NCBI RefSeq assembly: GCF_001194135.2
Contig: NC_068998.1
Location: forward strand, 26,497,860-26,561,859
Source: Octopus bimaculoides
Taxonomy: Eukaryota
Reading direction: 5' to 3'
DNA: 64,000 nt
In this document: in pieces, positions 55,590 through 64,000 of the stretch
Layout: every line of letters begins with the position of its first letter
How positions within the stretch are numbered: the stretch's first letter is position 1
Made by a program: the position numbers and the translations under genes
Notes under the pieces: model-generated
Told to the model about the DNA's origin: nothing
Databases searched by the model: none
Seen by the model: the letters and a program-made list of their open reading frames with translations, nothing else

Positions 55590-55905
55590 TTCTCGCCCAG
55601 ATCATGTCAGAATCGAAGATCTAAGACAAATAACCAAATTGTCACTAAGCACCTCTGTCGTCAAAAATACAGCATTCAAACTGCTTGGCCACACTAAGGG
55701 AAGGATTTGTGACGTCAGCAAGATATCTTTGGAAGGCCTGATAAATGGAAAGAAAGCCAGAAGTCGGAAACCTAAGAGATGGAGAAATATAGGCAGGTCT
55801 TCACATAGTTTCCCCGAACGCTCTTGCCAAAGATCGAATACTGTGGAAGCAACTATCTTATGTTAGTGCATATTCTGTCGCAAGCAGAGATAGCTGAATC
55901 TGATG
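55590..55905 (+). mobile_element. RTE-clade LINE 3' end fragment
   Basis: LLGHT...SKISLEGLINGKKARSRKPKRW and ALAKDRILWKQ match the RTE C-terminus (FGH...LEG.I.GKR.RGRP..RW; A.DR..W); ends in tctgatga. Confidence 0.75.
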
Positions 55906-58259
55906 ACCTGCTCCCCCTCTCTCTCTCAAGTGTCTCCTACTTACTTCTCAAGTGTCTTCATCTTCCCTCTCAACTATCTCCCACTTCCATCTCATAGTTT
56001 CCCACATCCATCACAACTGTTTTCCCAACTTCAATCCGAATTGTCTCCTACTTCATTCCAACTGTTATTCGTCCCCTTTAAAACTTCACTGCCGCCCCTT
56101 TTCTCGTAGTGGTCGCCTAATTCTCTCACCAGAATTACCTGTATTGATTTTCTTTGGGTTCAAATACATAAAAGGGCCTACGAGATGGGAACTCCGAAAT
56201 ATGAAACACAAAACAGAACTCTGCAGTATTCTCTAGCCTATATCCCAGTCTTATATTATTCTTCGAGAATTATGAGACAACAAACACGGAAAAAAACAAG
56301 CATGTTACTGAACTATCTTCAACTCCTCTATTACATTCTTTAACAGTGAATTATTTTGAAAAATCAGAAAATTAAATTTTGTGCTACTAATATTTGCCTA
56401 ATATTTGCTGTGCAAATAGCTTGAACTGAGCAGCAAAGCAAGTACTGGACAAGCCAACGAAGAGCATTTATGTAGTCACCAGACATGCTTAAAGTAGGCC
56501 TCCAAACTGTTTCGAATCACACCCTGTTATCTTAATAAAAGTGAAAGATACTGCTTGTAGTGTGGTCTGAAAATGTGTACCTCTGAAAGTAAGAAGGGGA
56601 CATTCATGGCTGGAACATTTTGATTACTGGCATCTTTGGCCATGTTTCTTCTATTTACCACAGGGCCCCAATAACATAATCTATGGAATGAACTCAATAC
56701 AATACTGGTAGTCATTTAGTCAATAAGGAAGGAGGAAGATAAAGCCAACTACGGTGAGGATTGAAAATAAAATACGAAGGAAAATAATTAAATACTGTAA
56801 TCTAATGCTTTACTGACTCTGTTTTCCTATCATCTCTTCACCTCTTAAATAGTGATAAAACCATTCTTTTCTATCTATTAATGCTTCTAACTCCAAGAAA
56901 TATAGCTCAGCCGAAGAGATTAGAAGAAGTGGTAAGACGAAGATAAAATAGGTGAAATTATGTTCATGAATTATCAGAATAATTTAGTTTAAAATGTCAG
57001 ACAGTCGATAGGCTATTATAGTCTCACATTTGGAAGAAATGCCTATAAACTCTTTAAATATCATATCGCCAACATTTATCCTTAGGTAATGATAATATTT
57101 TTGGAAAGGATATTGATAGAATAAGCATTTTTATAGCGCTACGTCAATGTATATTGACCATGTGGTTGTTATTTGCAGATTTAACAGAATTGTTATAATA
57201 TAATAATAAGATACTTAATTAATTACTGAAGTCTTTGTTTTGTCTTGGTCTCGTATCGAATTTTCCAAGCCAGGATTCAATTAATTTGTTCTGCAATATC
57301 ATAGTTGAATATAATTCAAGCGAGTAAATTATGCATTACTTATCCAGTGAAGTTAATATCATCAAACGCACAGTTAAAAGAGACAACACAATATCATCAG
57401 TATATTCACTACCTCCCGCATCTGGATCACGTGTCAAACACCTTAATAAACAATCCTCTGAATTTTGTATAGGACATATTAATTATAATTCTACCCCAAA
57501 AGCTCTTAACTTTGTAACTTTTGCTTAGCTTCCATTTAGATTAATTTCTTAAGGGACAATTATAAACTTTTGAACCCTACGTAGCGTTTCAATGACACTA
57601 AGTAGAACATAATAGATCAATACAATTTAATTTATGCTCGCGTCTCGTGTTCCCTGTCACTGTCTAGTATAAAAGGGGGGAAATCTATTAAGTGAAACCA
57701 AAGGATTGAATTTAGTCGAAGTCACCCTTGACCTCTAAGCCCCTTGCACTCCAAATATAATGATATGTCGCTTGGAGATAATCTAGGGCAAGGCTGTTGT
57801 CGGACGCTGAAATTCAAGTTTCCAATAAACCTAGTTTACTTGACAATTTTTCTGCAAATGACCTTGATGTCGAAGCTATTTTAATATGATGAATCAACTC
57901 ATTTTTCGAAATATTAACCTTCATTTTCTGACCTTCTTATTTCATATTTAGCAGGGCACGTAGTGCCAATGCATAAATATATTAACCCTTTATCTACTTA
58001 ATTCTCTGAAACTAGCTTTATTATTCCTCAAAGAAGACTGGTATATATAGCCGACATGGATGATTGCAAGTAGGTCAGAAACTCGCTATTGTAAATTATT
58101 TTCAGCTCACAGTGTTCCGTTACACATATGCACATTTAATTTTAATGAATGCAACAAATTTATCTCAGGAAGCAGGAGTTTCCATTAATGTTACAACTAC
58201 AGGCATGAAATATATTATCTGTAATGAAAGGTGTTAAATTGAAGATGATTTATCGTCGG

Positions 58260-58331
58260 TCTTCGGTAGTATAGTTATAAGTATCCCCGCCTGTCACGCG
58301 GGAGATCGGGATTCAATTCCCCGCCGGGGAG
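58260..58331 (+). tRNA. trnD-GTC: tRNA-Asp(GTC), degenerate, probable pseudogene
   Basis: 72-nt cloverleaf nearly identical to canonical eukaryotic tRNA-Asp with anticodon loop CTGTCAC; D-loop GG changed to TA, G53 changed to A (T-stem mismatch), extra acceptor-stem wobble; T7 terminator at 58348-58354. Confidence 0.85.
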
Positions 58332-58516
58332 ACGGTACCTTTATTTCTTTTTTTACTTTACTGAAGCGAGAAACCTGGCATATATCCCTGACAGGACCGA
58401 GTGACAAGCCTCTTTTTGTTTCCTGCGTGCTTTTCACATTGACTACTAATAAAATCATCGCTAACATACACGTAGTCCCATCAAACGACCGATGTTCCAA
58501 AGGATTTCATACTTAT

Positions 58517-58725
58517 ATGTTTGTGTTTGTTCCCCCAACATCGCTTGACAACCGATAGTAGTGTGTTTACGTCCCTGTAACTTAGCGGTTCGGCAAAAGA
58601 GACCGATAGACTAAGTACTAGGCTTACAAAGAATAAGTCCTGGGATCGATTTGCTCGACTAAAGGCGGTGATCCAGCATAGCTGCAGTCAAATGACTGAA
58701 ACAAGTAAAAGAGAGAGTAGAGAGT
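58517..58725 (+). mobile_element. Family-B SINE, 3' half
   Basis: gcttgacaaccga...cttagcggttcggcaaaagagaccgatag...gctcgactaaaggcggtg...gactgaaacaagtaaaagag. Confidence 0.88.
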
Positions 58726-59797
58726 ATTTTCAAAACTCTGGCCCTAACTTCATTTATGTTTTCAACTACGCGGGATTTCGTTGTTTCTTTTTATCTAAAA
58801 TAAAATACCCTAAAATAATAAAGAGAGAAACATCATTCTAAAGAAAAATCGACCCACTTAGAAAATTATGTGAAAAACATCTTCCTATGTAGCAAGATCA
58901 TTCTATTTACAGCTACTATAATAGATGTTAATTTATTTCTCATTGTGTATGTACAACTAAATTGTTCATTTCTAAAATCAAAGCAAAAGAATTATAGGCT
59001 TACATTTTATAAAGACATGTTACATAAATCTGTTAGTGTATGTGTTACTTATAGTCAGATTTAGGAGGCATCCTTATGGTTTAATTTCTTAACGCAATTT
59101 TTCTCAGAAAATACTCATTCAAATTTTCAATTTCTAATAAATTCAGTTTTCATCTTGAACTATCTTTGTTCCGTTTTTATGGTCATTCATTTAATAACAT
59201 ATATTACGAAAATTGTTCTTTAGAAGGCAATCTGGAGTGGTGAGGGTGATGATATGGAAATGTAATATGCTAAGGGGATGCACTGGACAGCACTGCCCCC
59301 TCACTTATTCAATGATGCACTCTTAGATTTACAGTGATACACTTATTCCGAAACGTCACTTTAGAATTATTACAAATTAGCGCCCACCCAGAATATCCTG
59401 AAGTACTCCCAGGCGTCAAAGTCTGGCGACGGGCTTGTCCTCTCAACCTTTCTACACCAGATAAATTTGAGGCAAACAGATGTGAAAATTCCTTTGAAAC
59501 AATAGAGGGGAAAATGTTGTAACTCTGCAGTCTTGGTCATTTGCGTAATGGCAAAACATTTGCTACATATTTAGTTGTAAGTAATAATGATGAACAATTT
59601 CAGTAAATGCGCATAGACTGGGAGAAATGATGCGGATACTGATGTTCCCTTGTGACGTGAATAATAAATTTAAATTGAAAAATGACAGAAGAAAATAATG
59701 TGTCTGCCGAATAATTAACACGATTTAAAACGAACGGAAAATAGTGTCAATATATTTCAAAGCTTTAGAAGTTTAAGAATATTTTTAGCAGCGAAAG

Positions 59798-59905
<108 letters not shown>

Positions 59906-61099
59906 TACTAATATTATATGGCTTTTCCTGGGCAAAGAGGGGAGAGAATCCTAGACATGCTTTAGTCTTATTATGACCTCTTTAGTAAGGCATAGCTTTC
60001 ATCGTACGTGCTGAAGATATTACTATGTGAGTGTACAAGATTATACATCGATTAGCGTAGAAAAGCAGAAATGTTTAAAGTATGTTGAACAGAATGATGG
60101 CGTCTTTGAGTTTTTATGATTTTGACTTGGGCTCTCAAATTCTAACGGGCCCCAGGAAGATTGAACTTAATAGAACCAGAGTCAATTTCACCGACCCTAA
60201 CAATTCAATCAATTCGAAACTCGGTGTAAATGGAAAATTAAAATAATTAAATTAGCACTGGTGATTAGTACAGACACCTGTCAGTGTTTTAGAAGAATTT
60301 ATTTAAGAATGTAGTAGCAACGAATTCAAAGACAAAGTTTTCAGTGACACGGCATTGCTAATTGTTCAGTAACAGTTCTAGATGGTGATAAATAAAACTA
60401 GTAGACTGAATAGTAAAACAAAACGATATATTTTGATATAGTTGTATTATGCAAATCGTTCCTAATCGAGGAAGCCTATGATCAATAGTATGCCAATCAT
60501 GCACAAACTGTTTTTGTTTTTTTTCTGTAGGCATTATGTCTCTCATTATTTTATCTATTGTAGTCTTAAATATCTAGATTTGAGAGAAATTAGATTGTTT
60601 GCTGGTAGATTAAACGACCCCATTGAGGCTCTTTTGTTGATTCGCAATGGTATGCTTTTTTTTTTTTTAATAGTATGTTTGTTTTTTAAGTGGAATACAT
60701 AGACAAAAATGAAGTACATTAGTAGTATGCTCTGAATATAATGTCATGACAAACAGTTCTTTTTTTTCCCTCCCTTATTTATGTGCAGTGAGGTAAAAAT
60801 AATGTTATATTTGAGCTACTGCGACTAAAACGTTATTTCAATCAGTAGACATTTTACAATGAATTGGTTTACTAAACACCAAATGACTGTAGTTCACAAG
60901 TTGAACTTTGTAGTTTAAAAAAAATGTTCGCTTGACATTTTTCACAGTTGTTTTGAAAGACTGAAAAATATACATGACTTAGACGATATACCGAATGACA
61001 TTTTTTTTCAACGGCTAAAAGAATTTTTTCCTTCACACAAGATTTGATGTGAGTTGCTTGTAACATTAACATTAACATTATTGTTAGTGCACAACTCGT

Positions 61100-61355
61100 C
61101 TGTGATGTAAGCAGTGGCGGCTCGTATATCGACACTGCGGAACTGCAGCAGCCCCTATTTTCACTCAATGTTATCGATAACATTCAATATAATGAGTCTT
61201 ATTTTCTCTAATTCTTTCTTTATACTTGCACATCCTTAAGCTTAATGTCAGTAGCCATCCCCTAGTTTATGAAGAAAAAAACAAAAATCCTTGTATAGAA
61301 CTGTGCGCTTCACAGTTCCAGCCACGTGGTGTTTAGCTGTTGTGCGCGTGCTCAC
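61100..61355 (+). promoter_or_regulatory. CpG-enriched promoter region with a DRE-like palindrome and an E-box
   Basis: Local CpG enrichment; AATGTTATCGATAACATT at 61167-61184 contains TATCGATA; CACGTG at 61323-61328; lies directly upstream of an ATG-bearing exon with a good donor. Confidence 0.5.
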
Positions 61356-61422
61356 ATGTCTGAGATAGGAAGCTTCAAATTAGGGACCGACAACACTGTC
61401 GTTCACGCAGTGCCGGTGGAAG
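61356..61422 (+). CDS. Putative first coding exon (MSEIGSFKLGTDNTVVHAVPVE-G, phase 1) of an unidentified gene continuing to the right
   Basis: ATG to donor GAAG|GTAATG with an open frame, in CpG-rich promoter context. Could instead be a non-coding 5' exon. Confidence 0.45.
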
Positions 61423-61917
61423 GTAATGTTTCTTTTTGACTCCGCGTATGTTGTGCTTAAAAACGTGCTTATATTCTTGAATGTGATAAAGAGGAGAATT
61501 AGATTATTATCCTGCTTCCAGCTTCAGTGCTGCTGCCAGGATTTGGAAAACAGGGCAGATTTTCTCCCCTTATTTTATGATTTAGTGGGGATTTTTGAAA
61601 ATCAAGGGCGGATTCGCGGCGGTGTTCAGTGAACAAATTAAATACACTACCCGGCAGTGGTTAAAACGCGAACCGATCAAGTTTATCTATGAATATACTT
61701 TTTATATGTTTGTTTCTTTTTACACAATATTAAAACAACGGCTAAAAATTTTCTGAAGCATTGATTTTATCTATGAGCCGCCATTGAATTTAAGCATACT
61801 TGTCTTTTTTTTTTTTTTTTCACTGAGGCAAGTTTTGGTGACGTTCACAAACATACACACGCATTCATTATATGTATATGCCCACATACATATGCGACGG
61901 AATTCTGCAGAACTTTT

Positions 61918-63618
61918 CAATTTTAATTTTGATTTTGGAACTTACGTGTGATCTACTTTCTTGAAGGTTTCTGCCCAGGTGCGTTAAAATTGAACAGTTA
62001 TAATTGTTGATTTATTGTTGATTTGTTACCGTTTTTACGGAACACAGCTTGTGCAGCAAGCTCGTGTTTTTTGTTTATTTCTTCCCCCTACCGCGCGGGA
62101 TGGAAGCAGAGATGCCTAATATAGGCGAAGAAGAAAGAACTGGAAGCTACGCGTCAGTAGCAGGACAGCAGAATGTGACTGTACCTCAGTTGGAAATGAG
62201 AGAGGTGTTTATCCCACTTGAGAAATTGCATGAATGTATGGAATATGCCGAAAAGGAGGGGGAAAAAGTGAAGTTGACCCCTCCGGAAAATTTAATTGCT
62301 GAAGCCAAGAGAAAGACTATTATCTACAGGACTCTATACCTGCCTGGAAATAAGACCGAAATGGCTCCGGTGGAGGCCATTGAGAAGTGTTTGACTAACT
62401 TTAGAAAAGACATTTCATACTACTCACGAGGAAGGAAATACGGTACAGTGGAGGTAAGATTTTCCTTCGTAGAAATGGCAGTAAAGCACTCCATTGTACC
62501 AATAAGAACCGAGGAATGGCTGCTCCTGGGGATAAGAGTCTGTAGGGAAAGGATTAGCAGGATTCCGCCGGAAATGAGAGAGGAGTGCATAGCGGTAGCC
62601 GTCCTCTCAGGAACCAAAGAAAATCCATTAATCGTACAGGCAACCAGTACATAGCAGCTGAATTGTGGGGGTACGGACTAGAATTAATTGTCCAGGCAAC
62701 ACAAGCTGACTTAATTGAGGTGCCCGAAGTGATAGAGTTACCCGACGAAAGAAAATTAACTGTAACAGTGGAGGGGAGATCTCCTACCTGCTATAGCTGT
62801 GGCCAGAAGGAGCACATAAAAAAAGTGTCCCCAAAGCGAAAAAGATCCGGAGAAAGAAGCAGAAATCCATGCTGAGTACGAGAGAACAGCAAAGGCAGCA
62901 GAAGGAAACCAAAACGCAGGTGAATTAGAACAAACTCACGCCGAAGAGGATTACATCCAGATTACCAGGAAGAGAGGGAAAAAATAACTCATCTCCTAAA
63001 AGTTCAACAAAAAAAAAAGGGAAAATATAGCAATACACACCAAACAGAAATAACTACAGAAAACAACACACCCACTCAGCACACACCAGTGCCAGCATTC
63101 CTCTGAAAAAAAAACAGCACAGAACCTCTCAGCAAACAGACACCTGCAGACATCCAATCCCTGACATCGCAAACTGGTCAATTAGTGATTTATATAACAA
63201 ATAAATTCATTGGAAAAACTATTAGTAAAATTAAAAACATCATTAGGGTGAAACTTTACAAAACGTACCCACCTTAAAGAAAATGTATCTTATTAGATAA
63301 GCAAGGACTCGAAACATTACAAAAGTACCACAAAACCGAATTATATCTGGTAGGAGATGGGGTGACGTTTAAAACCCTACGTCCGGAGATAAGATATGAG
63401 GAATTGGGTCCTAATTTTGTTGACTATTGGAATTTTATATAGGATAATGAACTGATATGAACAGTAAAAACGCGATTGCTTGAGGGTGGGGCCCAGGCAA
63501 GCATGTCCATCCTTATTTGTACAGATGTTCATTTTCATTAATCGTTTTATGTTCCCATGTGTACTGTCTTTGTCCTTTCCCCTCTGTATTTTAGGCTTCG
63601 TGCCCAATAAAAGAATTC
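61918..63618 (+). mobile_element. ORF1-only (half-LINE, HAL1-like) L1/Tx1-type non-LTR retroelement, 1701 bp, with 17-bp TSD
   Basis: AATTCTGCA(G/C)AACTTTT at 61901-61917 and 63619-63635; disrupted ORF1 at 62100-63442; AATAAA at 63606-63611; no endonuclease or RT sequence recognisable inside. Confidence 0.8.
62100..63442 (+). pseudogene. Disrupted gag-like ORF1 of an L1/Tx1-type element (RRM-like region and CCHC zinc knuckle)
   Basis: MEAEMPNIGEE...GTVEVRF...RISRIPPE...VTVEGRSPTCYSCGQKEHIKK(x)CP with frameshifts near 62645 and inside the knuckle, then an acidic/basic linker (YIQITRKRGKK) and a C-terminal segment with stops. Confidence 0.8.
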
Positions 63619-63914
63619 AATTCTGCACAACTTTTGTCTACTAGATTCCACTTACAAAGTAAAACTTAAGATACAATTAAAAATACAGTTAATCTTGTAC
63701 TGTGATCGAACCCAAAATTACATGACTGCGAAGCAAATGCTTTAACCACTCTATGATTGTGCCTATATGTAATAGTTAATTATTGATCATTAAATTAACT
63801 AGAAGTATTTCAAATACCTTCTAACGAAAACAGAAATTAGGTCACGTGGTTCTGTACTTAAAAACTTAACTGTTATGTTCTATTGTTAACATTAGCATCA
63901 TAGTTTGCCCTTAA

Positions 63915-64000
63915 CAGACATTCCGTCGATTACGACGACGGGGTTACCAGTTGATCCGATCAAGAGAACTGCCTGCTCGTGAAATTAACTTGCAAGTGGC
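63915..64000 (+). repeat. Probable interspersed repeat running off the window end
   Basis: gacattccgtcgattacgacgacggggttaccagttgatccgatcaa...ctgctcgtgaaattaac resembles a common octopus repeat body as recalled; no second copy in this window. Confidence 0.4.

Noticed and set aside
57952-58010. AGHVVP motif resembling the serine carboxypeptidase catalytic His region
   Set aside because: Only six residues match, the frame closes soon after, and no other exons of that family were found.
59334-59522. 62-aa ORF in slightly GC-richer sequence
   Set aside because: Several frames on both strands are open and none has a matched acceptor-donor pair or a recognisable motif.
60872-61183. Minus-strand ORF containing GCCSS, resembling a lipidated N-terminus
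   Set aside because: No ATG precedes the Gly, and the rest is low-information AT-rich sequence.
61300-61430. Possible snRNA (U1/U4atac/U11-like)
   Set aside because: No match to recalled snRNA consensus or a proper Sm site; better explained as a first exon with a splice donor.

Overview
AT-rich, microsatellite-dense eukaryotic genomic DNA with about 12 N-gaps, nearly all flanked by simple repeats. The repeat families look like those of coleoid cephalopods, most likely Octopus; this is inferred from recalled repeat consensus motifs, not from a search. No prokaryotic-type features (operons, CRISPR, rRNA) are present. Almost every long ORF in the track is a microsatellite or N-gap artefact. Well supported content: many tRNA-derived SINE copies of two families, three degenerate RTE-clade LINE fragments, two dead mariner transposons, one degenerate tRNA-Asp(GTC) gene, and a TSD-bounded 1.7 kb element that encodes only an L1/Tx1-type ORF1 (a half-LINE). 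Host genes are visible only as scattered small exon candidates: a signal-peptide first exon at 1386, a CpG-rich promoter with a first exon near 61.2-61.4 kb, several possible internal exons on both strands, and a 6-nt microexon candidate at 43001-43006. I could not assemble or name any host gene.
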